Shown here: piece by piece, positions 1 through 13,299 of the stretch
Layout of the letters: every line of letters begins with the position of its first letter
Position numbering within the stretch: the first letter of the stretch is position 1
Assembly (NCBI RefSeq): GCF_018350175.1
Contig: NC_058368.1
Coordinates: 51,647,815 to 51,711,814 of the forward strand
Source: Felis catus
Lineage: Eukaryota
Length of the DNA: 64,000 nt
Direction: 5' to 3'
The notes under the pieces: generated by a model
Seen by the model: only the letters and a program-made list of their open reading frames with translations
Databases searched by the model: none
What the model was told of the DNA's origin: nothing
Position numbers and translations under genes: made by a program

Positions 1-80
1 CCCTCCCCCACATGCGTGTGCTCTCTCTTGCTCTCTCTCAAATAAATGAATAAAGAAATAAAGAAATAAATAAGCTTAAA
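1..80 (+). mobile_element. 3' end of CanSINE (SINEC), cut by the window edge
   Basis: CCCTCCCCCA...(CT)n followed by an A-rich AAATAAA tail, matching the 3' ends of full copies elsewhere in the window. Confidence 0.85.
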
Positions 81-1915
81 GAAATAAGATAATTTCTTTA
101 AAAGATAATTTCAGGTTATGATGAATCTATGGAGGAAATAAACCAGAGCAATGTGGTGGAGAACTGAATATTTACTTCAGATTGGGAGGTCAGGAAAGTT
201 CTGAATATTGTGCTAAAAGACCCCTCTCCACTGAGGGTGAGGATGGACACAAAGAGAACCCACCTTGACCTCCAGGGGAGAATGAGAAGAATCACAGGAG
301 TTAAGGGGAAGGGGTCAAGGTCCAGCGCCCTACTGCCATTTCACAGATAAAGATGCTGAGGGCAGAATTATCTGGCCTGCTCAAGGCCCTTTGACTCAAA
401 AGGGATAACATTACGATTCTAGCCTCTGTCTAGTTATTTCCTGAACAAAAGCACCAGTTCTAAGCCTACAGTATTCCCTGGGAAGCCTTGAACAGGCTGA
501 TTTACCTGGCTCTACAAGTGAGGCTATTACCAAAATAAGCATCTTTGGGTAAAATGATTTATGTGCAAAAGTATCGTGACTCTTTTGGAGGCAATGGGCA
601 ATGTCAAATCAAGATTTTCCCTGCCACACCATGTCATCATTGTGAAATGTCATTTTTTTAGACAGGTCTTAAAATTCTGCCAAAGGCCACTTAGTCTTTC
701 CCTTCTCTTCTAGGAAGGAATGTGCCTAAATTTTCCCAGAAAAATGGGTGTTCCCTTCAGAGAAATAGATTGCTCAACCTTGCTCAGTGGCAGCCAACTA
801 CAGAGAATCACAACAATTAAGGCAGGATTTGTTTTTTTTTTCATATCCTACCAAAAGTATTGCATAGAAATCCAGGGCTCTACATGGTGGTCTGTGTTTC
901 ACCATTGCAGGAAGGGGTGCAGGAATTGCTATTGCTTGATTGGTGTGGCAGTCCCTTCAAGATTCCCACCAGATACCTGGAGAGTGCCATGAGGTATAAC
1001 TGTGGAGCATGGCCTGGGAAAATATGGAGAGGTGCTTCTTCTGGTTAGTCTTTTATCTTGAATACAGTTTAGGAGACTAAATGGAAATTGCCTACATAAA
1101 GCCAAGAAACAGCCTATCTGTTTTAAAAGAGAGAAAAGGGAATGCAATGATAATTACATGGTTAGAAAATAAGATTTATGAGGAAAGATTAGAGAAGATG
1201 GGGAAGGGTGAATAGAAGGCTGAAGGCATCAGATCCAAGATTGGTGCTTGTTTCTGTTTCCTCCCCATCGCTGGGCAGGACCTCAGATTCCCCTGAAAAT
1301 CCTCTGGAATACTTCAAGGAATCTCTCTAAGCTCTGCTTCCTACCTTCTTCTGGTGTCCTCTTCCCTTTCTCCCCCATTTCTTCATGCCTGGTTTATTTC
1401 TCCCTGTGGAAGCCTGTAGTTAATTGTCTTATTGAGCTGTGTTGTTTTCTGGCTCTCTATCCTTTTCATAAGAACCATTTGCCACTTCCATCTAGTGGTT
1501 AACTAAAAGAAGACCGTGTTGGTTTCTGGCACATAATTTTGCTTACTAAATGTTTTTTGAATTAAATATTCACAGTATCGTTGCCTTGGCTATCTTGTTA
1601 GTCTGGTGCTTCATGAGTGAATGACACAGAGAGAGAGAAAACAGAAAGTCTCTGTATTCACACCAATTCCCAGTAGCTTGATTTTCCCATTCCAGCTCAC
1701 ATCCATGAAGATCTTTCATCAATTTTCTCAGACTGTTGTATTAGTGGGGACAGGCCAACTGTTACAACACAGAATGCCAAAATTTGAAAGTTGAGAATTT
1801 GGATTGAAAATCCAAAATAAAAATTTGTCACTCATATTACAACCTTAGCCTGGCTGGCTGGCTTTACCAGGCAGGTGTCCTCCAAATAGCAATGTAGGCT
1901 TTAGATCCTTTTCTT

Positions 1916-2399
1916 TTCTTTCTTTAAATTTTTATTTAAATTCTAATTAGTTAACATACAGTGTGATATTGTTTTCAGGAGTAGAATTTAGTGATTCATC
2001 ACTTACATATAGCACCCAGTGCTCAACATGACAAGTGCCCTCTTTAATGTCCATCATGCATTTAGCCCAGGCCCCACCCACCGACCCTCCATCAACCCTC
2101 AGTTTGTTCTCTATGGTTAAACGTCTCTTATGGTTTATTTCCCTCTTTCTTTTTCCCCCTTTCCATATGTTCATCTGTTTTTATTTCTTAAATTCCACAT
2201 ATGAGTGAAATCATTAGGTATTTGTCTTTCTCTGACTGGCTTATTTTGCTTAACATGATACACTCTAGCTCCAACTACATCATTGCAAATGGCAAAGTTT
2301 CATTCTTTTTGATGGCTGAATAATATTCCATATATATGGATTATTCCATATATATATTCCATATATAATATTCCATATATATAATATTCCATGTATATA

Positions 2400-2453
<54 letters not shown>

Positions 2454-2727
2454 ATATCTTCTGTATCCATTCATCAGTCAGTGGACATTTGGGCTCTTTC
2501 CATTGTTTGGCTATTGTTGATGCTGCTGCTATAAACATCCAGGTGCATGTACCCCTTCCAATCTGTATTTTTGTATCATTTGGGTAAATACCTAGTAGTG
2601 CAATTGCTGGGTTGTAGGGTAGTTCTATTTTTAACTTTCTGAGGAACCTCCCTACTATTTTCCAGAGTGGCTGCACCAGTTTGCATTCCAACCAATAGTG
2701 CAAGAGGGTTCCCGTTTCTCCACATTC
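1916..2727 (-). mobile_element. 5'-truncated carnivore LINE-1 (ORF2 C-terminus and 3' UTR)
   Basis: ORF 2341-2703 reads ECKLVQPLWK...LKIELPYNPAIALLGIYP...MFIAA..TIAKQWKEPKCP..DEWIQKIWY, the L1 ORF2p C-terminus. T-rich tail on the left. 13-bp TSD AGATCCTTTTCTT at 1903-1915 and 2728-2740. Confidence 0.95.
2321..2451. repeat. Compound TATTCCATATATA minisatellite plus (TA)n microsatellite inside L1
   Basis: Five TATTCCAT-containing units followed by a long pure (AT)n run, directly visible. Confidence 0.95.
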
Positions 2728-5700
2728 AGATCCTTTTCTTGATCCTTAGACTTCTCCATTCAATGGGTGCAGTGGGAAAAAAGAGAGAAAGTGTATATGA
2801 GGCTTGGAAGTAGTATATGACTATTCATATACTGTCCATTCTATTCATATCCCATTTACCAACACCCAGTTGCAAGGCTACATCCAATTGGAAAAGTGGC
2901 CATACCTTGACACCAAGAAGTGTAGTTGGAAAGAAAGGAAAAATCATTTGGTGAACAACTAACTCATTGCTGGCACAGATGCCATGAGGGAGTGTCTGCT
3001 TCTATTAATCAAATGACTAACTAAAATGTTAGTTAAAATATGGCTACCATAAAGGGTATATACAAAGTTCGCAAAGAATCTTACTATTGGGAAACCATTA
3101 CATTTTGACATACAGAGTTAAGGAAATGAAATCAAATGTATGAAATTATATTGAAGATTAAAAACATATGGTTGCTATGCCAGAATTGTGACACTGCCAA
3201 TATATTAAATGTTTCCATGACAAAACAATTAGGAATATTATAGTATCCACTGAAGACAATTCAGTCACATTTTTGCCATTTATGCAGGATATTTGACCCC
3301 TTTCCATTTCTCTCATTTTTCATATCTTCAAAAGAAGAAAATCCCCCTTGTTTTATCTGCTTACATGTGTTATCATGAAAGAATGAATGAACAAATGAAA
3401 AATTGAAAAAGAAAGGAGGGATGGGGGAGGAAAAATCATACTTAATACATGCACACTTACTTTTACATTTCAATGCTGTTTTGTTAAACAGTTGAGCCCA
3501 ATAAATTTTGAGATTTTTCTCCCAACTGTGAAAAAAAATAAACATGCAGAATTTTATTTCAGTATTTGCATTGGCTTCAGGCTTAATTATTTTTCTTTTC
3601 TTTTAGTTATACCAGCTTAACCCTCTGCCTATCAGCATTAGCTCCTGGTGCAGGAGTACTATGGGCTTCTGGTGGAGCACATGTTAAAAATAATGAAAGA
3701 ACAAACAATTTCACAAACACCAATACCTGGAGGAGGTTTGGGAAGAAGAGCAGAGCCTGGAGTGAATAAGTAGAAACAGCTCCAAACCAGATTAAAGAAC
3801 AAAGAGCCCAACTTCTTCCCAAAACAGTCAACCTTTATACGAGCTTTGTGACTCATTCAAATGGCATCACTGGGTGTGAGGATGGAAGGGACAGGAAGGG
3901 CTCAGAGCAGAACAACAAGTGGCCTACACTAGCAGTCTGGCAGATTTGATTTTGAAAATTCTGTTGATATTCAGGAAACTAGAGCTTAATGTCTTTCCAC
4001 ATAATCATTCTTTCCTTCCTCTTGTACAGAGCAACTCCAATGTGAGAAATGCTATGTGAGACACTACCCAGTCAATACATCCTTTTGAGGTGTATCAATT
4101 AAGCTTGCCCAGCAGTTCAAGAACCTCAAGGTTGAGTATCCTTCACAAAGGAGGCTAACCAGCTCCTGTGTCTGGAAGGCATGGCCTGAGGCAGCACTGA
4201 CACCTGGGAACAAAGTGGAGAGCCTTCTCTGGAAGCCCTGGGCCTTGCCTCTGGATGGAAGATTCGATTGCCTTAAAAGGGAAGTGCCCAGGGAGATGTG
4301 TTGGGTGAGTCGCATCTCTTTTACCTTCTCCCTTGCTATCTCTTTCATCCCGTCAACATTTATTGAATTACAGATGTACAAGACAATCTGGACAATTGAG
4401 TGATGTGTGAGACACAACCCTGCTTTTTAGGAATGGACAGCAACTATAATATAAGACAGACAGGGCTATCTGAAAGATATAGTTAGGAACTGTACGGTAC
4501 ACCTCTCTCCTGGTGAGACTGGGGAGGTTTCAGAGAGGAATCTGTATATTTGAACTAGGCTTAAAAATGTCAAACTTGCAGGCACTTTAGGTCCGACCAT
4601 TTACCTTTGTATATGTCTAATTTATTTTACAATCTGTCCTGAAATTTACCTAGTTATAGGCTAGGTGTGCAGTGGAGCCAGATATATAAATTTGGTACTC
4701 AAAACCACTGCAGTGTATGAAGGCTGTTCAGGAATCTTAGAAATCACTAATTCAAATTCCCCTGTCTCTCGGGGTAAGTAGAATCACTCCAGTGAACCCA
4801 AGTAGCCAAATATTTAAGGCATGCCTGATTCTACTGCCCCTGTGTGAATCTGGTTCATGAGATGGAAAGGCAAACCCAGGAACACATAAATCATTAGAGG
4901 GGAGATTTGAATAAAACGTGGTCAGAAGACCCATTATAAGATGTCTTATGTTAGGCTAAATGACTTGTTTTTCAGTGCATTCGTATGAAAAATAAGTATT
5001 ACCTACAAAAATGTAAGCCAAATTGTTCAATAAATTAATCACAGCTATATTTCAGACAAATGGTCGGAGGTCTAAGTATCTGAGACCTACGTATCACACG
5101 TGCTCCCTTTTACTGTCGACAAGTTAGGATTAGTCTCTCACTCTGAAGGAACAAGGATGTAGTTATTTCCCTTTGTGTCAGCTCAAAGTACCTAGAGCCT
5201 TTTCCTCCAAGGAACCAGGGTGATGTTCAAGGAAATTCCCATACTGGTTGGCCCAGCTCTGCTTCAGGAAATCAAAATGTGTTGACCCTGACTTCTGTCT
5301 ATATTCATTTCTCTTATGCCTCCAAGATTCTTTAGTTCCCTTTGACAATTGCAGACTGAATCTATAGCCACATTTCCATGGGTAATTCAGCAGTAGCTGA
5401 TTTCAAAGCTTCTTGAATGTGACATCACAGTATACACATTCTTCTACTTTAAAATGGCTAAGAGAAAAATTATAGAGTGGAAATAATGGAAAATATCAGA
5501 TGCCAAGGACCTTAAAACACCTTTTAGCTTTAAGGTCTGGGAATCTACATAATGCATAGGATTAATTTTTCTTCGTGCTTTCCTCACTCCTATCCCAATT
5601 CTCTTTTTGGGAAGATTTTTAAAGAATAAGAGCTGAGTGCTTCAGTGTCTGTCACCATTTTATCTGCATTTTCATGAGGTTTTAGCAATCTTGTGAGTCA

Positions 5701-8700
5701 TCTCTTCTTCACCTCCCACAAATAGCGTGGGTTAAGTAGAGCCATGGGAATTTTTTTTTAAAAAAGTAATAATTCCAGCATTGGAATCTAAAACAACATG
5801 ACTTATATTAAAAACACACACACGGTGAATGACCTACCATGTAGCTTACCTGCGAGTGTTCCATTAGGCAGATGCCAGAGATTTGTGTTTTGGGTAGTAA
5901 GTATCCTTGATCTTCTGCTCCTTTGGAGGCAGTGTTTGACAGCAGAGTGTGTTGGAGAATTGACCTCATTACATCATATGTGCTGAATCACCATCCTACA
6001 ACTCTTGTCCCCAAGGCATGGGGCAGAAGGCACTGCTTGTCATCACACTGTTATGGAAATGTATGCCAGTAAAAATCTTGGCAGGCTTGTGCCACATTTT
6101 TACTGTTGTTTCTCATTAACGTTACATTAATGTGATCAAGAAGGTATTTTGTTCTCTGTCTCTCTGCCCGTCTCTCTCTAAACAATCAACTGCGTTTAAA
6201 ATCTTTTCTTTTGAAGCTACTGATCTATGGGCTTGCCTTGCAACATCCCAGTGGTTTGACTGTCCTCTAGTGGCTGTTTTGAATCATAGGTTTCAAAAAG
6301 AGAGTTTGTCGTTTTGTTTCTTTATCGTGTCTCAAATAAAAACCTGTGTGCTGGGAATTGTCCTTTAAGGATGTGATGCTTTCGTGTTTGAAAAAACAAG
6401 AGAATAATGATGAATTTTAATCTCTATTTTGCTTCATCTTTGCTACAGTTTGAAAACCCCAAACCATTGAAATGTTAAGTAAATTAACCCACGTCTGTGC
6501 AGCCTCCATCAATGAATGCAATAGTTTAAGAATACTCGTTTTTTGAAGAGCAAACTGCTTTTGTCTGTGCCACTCGATTTAAGGGAAAACGACTTCTGGA
6601 ATCCTTTCCAAGCTCTTCATACTCAGAATAATTTCTACTGCCACTCTAATTATCAGCCAGGACGCTTATTTGTAATCACCAGCTTTCAATAATTTAAATA
6701 GGTAGTTTTTCAGCCAACTATTTTTATTCAAAATGTGACAAAAGCTAAAATTACATGTTGAATTTTATCCAGATGCTGTCTTCTTTTAGGACATGCCAAC
6801 TGATCCAGAGCGATTGTTCATTTTCTTATAACATGTCAGAAGCACATCTTTATTTCATGAATCTAACTAGCAATCCAAAACACAGTCTGCAATTTATGTA
6901 TCAGTTCATTAGCTTATCAGAACCAGCAGGCAGGGCATTTTAAGATTTAATTCAGTGTGCTGAATCATCAAACATAACCACACCCAAGCTGTGTTATCCT
7001 TCAGATTTTGGAGATGAGCTTTTTACTGTCTAACTAAATTTCAGCAGGGATCATTTTGGTGCTTACATTTTTCTCCAATAATAATAATGGCCACTTTGAA
7101 TAAATTTGCCAATATGGCTATCACTACTTAATATTTCTATAAAGACCCTTAAAGTCTCTTGTTTAAATTTTTTAAATTCCTTTTTGTATACAAAACGGAC
7201 CAACTTTTTGACCTCAAAAAGAACTGAGTAAGACAGAATCCAGATTCCTTAAGAAAAAATTTCTGCTGTTTCAAACTTTTTTTTTTTTTTTTAGTCTAAT
7301 AATTACCATCTTCCACGCCGGCAAGGGGGTTCACTCTGAAAAGTCCCAAAGCTGCAAAATTGCAAAATTGAGAAGCTAAGTTAAAGGTTTTTCTGTTTTG
7401 TGAAATTTGTTAGATTTTGCCAAGTCCCTGGTTTTGCACCGAAAAAGTTTCAGGGTAAGCTTGTTCTCCTTTGTCAGGGTCTTTGTTCAAATAGTGTCCA
7501 TGGAGTGGGTAATTTCTATCAACGAATATGGATACAAACAGTTGCTTCAGTGCCGCTCAGCGTCCTTCCGTCAGTCCCCAGCAGGTCCCCTCTCCCGGTT
7601 CTCATTGTGGGTTTTCCAAGCTTTCAACCCTCTCTTCCAATCCACCCCACAACTCCCTGTACTCAGGGTCACCAGATGACCTTGGCTGTTACCTCACAGA
7701 GGAAGTAGACTCTATTTACAAGAACTCCTTCAAGTACTTTTCATTCGATAAACATACCTACATTTGCAATCTCAGGGGCAAGGAGACTCCTCTGATTTTC
7801 CAAGACCAGTCCCTCTATCTCATTCCTGTTTCCTCAGAGCCCTTGCTCCACCCTTGTCTCTTGCATACATCTACAGTCTCCCACTGGTCACTGACTCAGT
7901 TTGCTCAGCACGTAAACCTGATGTGATCTCTCCCAGAGGATTGCTTTAGGATCCATCAGAGTCCAAGTGACAGCTCCCAGCTCCTTCCTGAACACAGAGG
8001 CCACAGGTAGCTCCTTTGACAGAGCAGCCATGTTTTCAGTTATGTGGCCTTGACACACTGGCTTCAAGGGATTATATTATGGATAGGAGCTGTAGCCAAA
8101 GACAGCAGATGTAAGAGCTTTAGCCAAAGACAGCTCAGATTTGAGAGCCAAAACTACATGGTGTCTGAGTCCTGGTTGGATTCCTGTTTGCAAGCAATAG
8201 AAAATGATTCTGGCTAATTTAACCTTAACAGACTATTTACTGGAAAGATGTCTGTGGCTCAGATAGCTAGAGGGACTCGGAGGACCTGGCTTAGAAAAGA
8301 GGTGGGAACCAAGGTGGTCTGCAGTGGGGAGCACAGCAAAAGCTATGCAAGAAGAGTAGAGTATTCAGCCTGCTGCCTCCACTCCTGCTCCTTTGTTGGG
8401 CTGGTCTCCAGCTGTCCCTATACTTGTGTGACTGTCCTAGGCTGAGTGACATGCTTGCTCCACAGCCAGGCTGGGCAGGGAGAGAGAGCACTGGCTCTTG
8501 GTTACTGTGTAGGATGTGGGTTCCATGCCCATTTCTATACAGTAGGAGTTACCCTAGAAAGGAGATTCTTAGAGTGTTAACAGGAGTTGGATGCTACAGA
8601 GTCCAAACCAACAAATGATGATTGTAGATGGTTCTCTAACACAAGGAGGGGCTCTCATGGAGAACATGAATGTGAGGCAAGAGAAGAGATCAGTGGAAAG

Positions 8701-8929
8701 CAGTAGAAATAGAGAAGCAATAATGGAGAGAAGCAAAGATGAGCTAGACTCAGAGCAGACGAGACACACAGTTGTGTCATGAAAATGGTAGAGTCACAAG
8801 AGAAGAGATGGATTGATGTCCACCCTCAGGGGTAGTGAGACAAATAGTGATTTTAGGTGCTGGATTGCTGCGGATACTTGAGCTGGCTCAATTCTGAAAG
8901 AGTAGATAGATAGTGTTATCTAGTTCACA

Positions 8930-9150
8930 GGATTTGGAGTCAGAGAATCATGGGAGTCCCTGAGATTCATATCCCAGTTCAACACTCACCCACTCACCTT
9001 GGACATATTTTTTAGCCACCACATCCTCACTTTCCTAATTTGCAAAAACTGTGCCTACATCATTTTGTTGATGTAACAATAAAATGACAATACATTTAGG
9101 TTCTTAGCATAGCTCTTGGCATATTATATGTTAACTGTTATTATTACTCT
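8930..9150 (+). mobile_element. MIR SINE relic
   Basis: TTTGGAGTCAGA...CCTCACTTTCCTAATTTGCAAAA...CTTAGCATAGCTCTTGGCATAT...TTATTATTA resembles the MIR core and tail. Confidence 0.6.
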
Positions 9151-10456
9151 TATTATTTCATATCTCCCATGACTTTACAAATGTTATTCTATTTCTTTAT
9201 CTTCATAGAAGAGACCAACTCACCTTTAAGATATAGCTCAGATGTTACCTTCTCTGCAAATGCACTCATGAATATTCCCCCTGCCCTAGGTAGAACTGAT
9301 AATTCAAGGCAACACTTACTGAGTGACTACAATATGCATGATACAGCATTTTTCTAGGTGCTGGAGATAGCAAAGATGTCAAAGACATAGTTTGGTTCCT
9401 CAGTAGTCTACAGCTAGAGGGAAAAACAGGGACATAAACACACAATTTTAATATCTTCCAGTAAGTACCGTGATAGAGCTAGGACAGAAGAGCACCCTGC
9501 TTTCCATTTTCTCCCACTTAAATCATGCCTCTATTGCAGCAGCCATGCCATTGTGAGTATACTTTTTGAGCACACAAATATATCTTTTACATCTTTTTAT
9601 CTCTAGGACATATTAAGCACTCAGTATCTTTGTTAGATAAAGTATGATTCCATTATATCTTCACTGAAAAACTTATTAATTTTTGGAGATATCATATCCA
9701 CTATGTATTACTATCTGAATAAAGTTTTATTTTGAAATTCCCTAAGTTACTTCCTTACCAAAAGTTAAGGTTCAGTCACTGCTCAATGTTATCACCTCTA
9801 ATCTGGTTGAAATTCGAATGCGGCGAGAGGGACTTGTCCGGAGAATACCAGGTTGAAGCTTGAGGGAGTCCCACACACATAAGATAAAGCCCCACGTATG
9901 GGGAAAGCTGAGGCATGAGAGGAAGTAGGGCTAGGGGCGCAGGTAGAGATGGAGCTGGACTGACCCTTGAGTGGTGCAATTGGAGTCCTAGGGGGAGAGG
10001 GGGGAGGGAGCAGAGAACACATAGAGGCATCCACTGTATGTGAGGAGGAAAGAGAGGCCTGTGGGACTGGAGCAAAACAAGGCAGAGAGCAGAGGCCAGA
10101 GAGGGGATAGGGATGAGGGAGAAAGAGTCCAGTCAGTCATTTGCTTGGGGATTATGTGAAACATTGGCATGCACAACGCATGCTCAGGCAGGGTTGAATG
10201 AATTTCCTAATTGTAATGAGGAGGGATGTATGAGAGTGTCAGAATAGTGGTCCCTGGGTGTCAGACGGGAGAATAACTGCCATCCTCACAGCTCCAGGTG
10301 AGCCAGGGTGAGTAGGACAGGGAGGAGATGAGGACCCAAGAAGTAGGGCTCAATCCACGTTGTGGCATCTTTCTCTGATTTGAGCATTATGTTATACAAA
10401 CCTGTGACCGAAATGCATGTGCCTTGCTCAGTCACCTACAGGATCGTTCACCCACA

Positions 10457-10631
10457 TTTTTTTTTCTTTTTTGAGAGAGTGAAAGGGAGGGGCAGGGGCA
10501 GAGACAGGGAGACAGAGGGTCTGAAGCGGGCTGTGTGCTGACAGCAGCAAGCCTGATGTGGGGCTTGAACTAATCAACCACGAGGTCATGACCTGAGCCA
10601 AAATCGGGCACAGCCAACTGAGCCAACCAGG
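10457..10631 (-). mobile_element. CanSINE (older, diverged)
   Basis: Poly-T, GAGAG, GGGGCAGAG...CTGAAGCGGGCT...CATGACCTGAGCC...CTGAGCC: reverse complement of the SINEC body. Confidence 0.9.
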
Positions 10632-11792
10632 TTATTTTTAAATAACCATAATTTTTAAATGTTATTTTTTCTGCTTTTGACTTTTTAAGGTAAAATTTGT
10701 CAATGATGATTTTCTTCATTTCTGGGTCTTTTATGTTTGCAACTATGACTTGTGTTGATTAATGGCTAAACACTGTATGAAAATATAATAAAGCATTATG
10801 GAAATTCTGAGCAACTAGATTATTTTTTGCTTTTGTCACTCAGAATTGGCAACTTTGCAATTTGTGTTTTATCTCTTTTGGATGATTGCCTTGATCAATC
10901 AAACCGAATAGAAATAAAGCCTACTTTAGGTGGGAGTGGGGCATGGGCAAGTAGACTTTGGCCAAGTAGAGCTGACGATCTTTCAGGGCTGGAAAGAAGC
11001 TTGTCCAATTTCTTCATTTTGCAAATGTGGAAACTGAACTTAGAAAGGCCAAATGACTTGCCAGGGCCGTCCTGGGGGAACAGAAATAAGAACCCATGTT
11101 TCCTCTCCTTAGTCGAATCATAGAATCATTAATATTTGGTACAGAGAGTAGAAAAACTCTAAACACTGGGTAAGTGGAGGTGGAATTTTTTAAACATTTA
11201 AATCAGGTTTTATTGACCTATTATTCATATATAATCTCCATTTCAAAGGTCTAGGGTCTATTTTGAGAATCCATGAGGAATTTGGGGAAGATAGTGAAAT
11301 GGTCAGATTTATACTTTAGGAGTTACTCTATCAAGACTTACTCCTCAGTACTGCAAATAAATTTTAAAAACTGTATGTATTTAAAAAATATTTCTCACTA
11401 CATTTTTATTGACAAATTAATTTTATTGGTGTGATTTCTTTTTTTGACTGTACAAGAAATATATTACCTTTTTGCTACTATCATATTATTTCCAGATACT
11501 GCCGTTTGTTTTTCCTTGAATTGATTTGGTTCAGTGGAAATTTGTATTTGAGTTGCTTATAATGGTCAATATCTCTTTGGTATCCTTCATGCTTAGCGGA
11601 GTCTTAAAGCCCAGTATAATGCAGAATAAGACACCTGTGACTGTGCACTAATCAGTCAGTAGAGGCCCTCTAGAAACTCACTTCAAAGTCAGTGTGATGT
11701 GCCCTGTACTCATGTATTCTTTGATTCACTGCTATAGGATGAAGCATTGCTATCTCTCACTTGGACTTATGAGATATGGGATATTAGTTGAT

Positions 11793-11848
11793 TGTGTGTG
11801 TGTGTGTGTGTGTGTGTACATGCATGTGTATATATTTGTGTGTGTGTG
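11793..11848. repeat. (TG)n microsatellite, interrupted
   Basis: Directly visible. Confidence 0.9.
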
Positions 11849-11944
11849 ATTCTGTGGGGAAATAAAAATAGTATAAAACATGGTCACTAATCTCATTATC
11901 TCCTGATTGTGTCACCTTAGCCCCTGCCATTTCTTATAAAGCAT

Positions 11945-13045
11945 GAGTGGTGGACATTTATCAATCTTGTTTTTGTCCATCCAAACATCAGAACCCGTAT
12001 TCCACGTTTGGGAAATGTTCTCCCTTATGATGCCTTGCCAGAGCTCTCTGTAGGAGTGCTGATGATAGTGACTCCATCTTCGGCCCTCCATCTTGTTCAT
12101 GATCACTCAGTGACTTCTCTTGGGGTCGTATGTTTTTCCCTTGAAGATACCTTAGAAATACCTTGGACATATCTTGGAAATGCCTCCCAAGGTTGGGATG
12201 AGGAGAGCCGGCTCTGGCCTCCCACAAATCTGTTAGAGTAACATAGTCTTTCCCTTTCCTGATGCACAGGTGGCTCCATGAGGTCTAATTAAAGGTTAGT
12301 TGTCAGTTAGATGCATGCAAACCCTTTCATCTTACTACAGGCCACTCCCCTCAACCTCCATCCCCTTGCTGTATAAAATCTGTAGACTAAGGTCTGGCCT
12401 TTGCTGAGAACAGCTGTGCACCAGCTTGGATCATAGCCTGCCCCGATCCCCCGTCAGTAAGTTATTCTGAATAAAACTCTGTGTAAACTGTATGAAGTCA
12501 CACACTTCCTTTTCCAGTCTCAAAGTGCCTTTTCAGTTTGTGGGATACTTTACTGTCCCTCCCCTACCTTTGAACACTCACCTTTCCAGGCTCCTTCCAG
12601 TTCAGGCATGGATCTAGGCTCTGCCAATCAGATCCACCTGCTCTCCAGACCGTGAATCAGTAACTAGTGACACCAAGAAGCAAGGGTCATCCGGAGTATA
12701 TTTGGACAACATTTGGGTTTGGGGACAGCATACACAACCACATTTGGTTTCTGAGGGGAGCAGTGGTAGCAGCTCCCCAGGCAGCATCCAGGGTCTGGTC
12801 ACTGAGGCTGCTTGCATGTGCCGTGGTGTCTGTGGCTGGCAGGAGTTTCAGGATGTCTTTACCTGACAAGTCCTGTGGTTTGCTTTTGGAATTTTTTTTC
12901 TGGCTATAAAATCCCTAAGTTTGCTTCTTTAGCCCTTCCAGAGAGTATGTGAGCTATCTAGCATCTTTTAAGTACACATTTCCATTTCTGCTTTAATTAA
13001 CTGGCACTGGTTTCTTTTATTTGCATCCAAAAGCCCTATTACTGA
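11945..13045 (+). mobile_element. ERVL-class LTR (LTR33/LTR16-like), split by the solo LTR at 12049-12576
   Basis: GGATCTAGGCTCTGCCAATCAGA motif and a 3' part (TTTCCATTTCTGCTTTAATTAACTGGCACTGGTTTCTTTTATTTGCATCCAAAAGCCCT) typical of LTR33/LTR16-type ends. It lies directly upstream of ERVL internal sequence. Confidence 0.55.
12049..12576 (+). mobile_element. Solo ERV LTR (528 bp), family not assigned
   Basis: TG...CA termini (TGTAGGAG...TGAACA). 5-bp flanks CTCTC/CTCAC (TSD with 1 mismatch). GACTCCATCTT motif near the 5' end, TATAAAA at 12372-12378, AATAAA at 12470-12475. Confidence 0.75.
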
Positions 13046-13299
13046 AAGCTGTATGAGAGATATTGGAGCCCATACACCTTCAAAAATATCGAAGGGAACC
13101 TGGAATTTATCAGCAGTCCTTGGAGGGGGTAAGAGAAAGCAGAAATCAAGTTGCTATTAAGAAAATGGACCTGAGCAGCCATTGAAATTAATGGGAAAAA
13201 AACCAGCTAATCAAATTACCATCTGTTGTCCCCTTGAATGACAGTCCCACTGAAGCTGAAGGCTGGGTTTGTGAGGCAAAGTAATTGCTCCAAGAGGGC

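Larger units (their letters stand above)
1737..2978 (-). mobile_element. Old MaLR LTR (MLT1-like), interrupted by the L1 at 1916-2727
   Basis: Starts TGTATTAG. The right part (CCCAGTTGCAAGGCTACATCC...AAGTGTAGT...TTTGGTGAACAACTA...TGGCACA) resembles MLT1J/K-type consensus as I recall it. Confidence 0.5.

Noticed and set aside
3590..3770. Strong polypyrimidine/AG acceptor at 3606, with similar ones near 712, 42885, 55967 and 62158
   Set aside because: I found no convincing paired donor or recognisable peptide. Such tracts are common in T-rich mammalian DNA.
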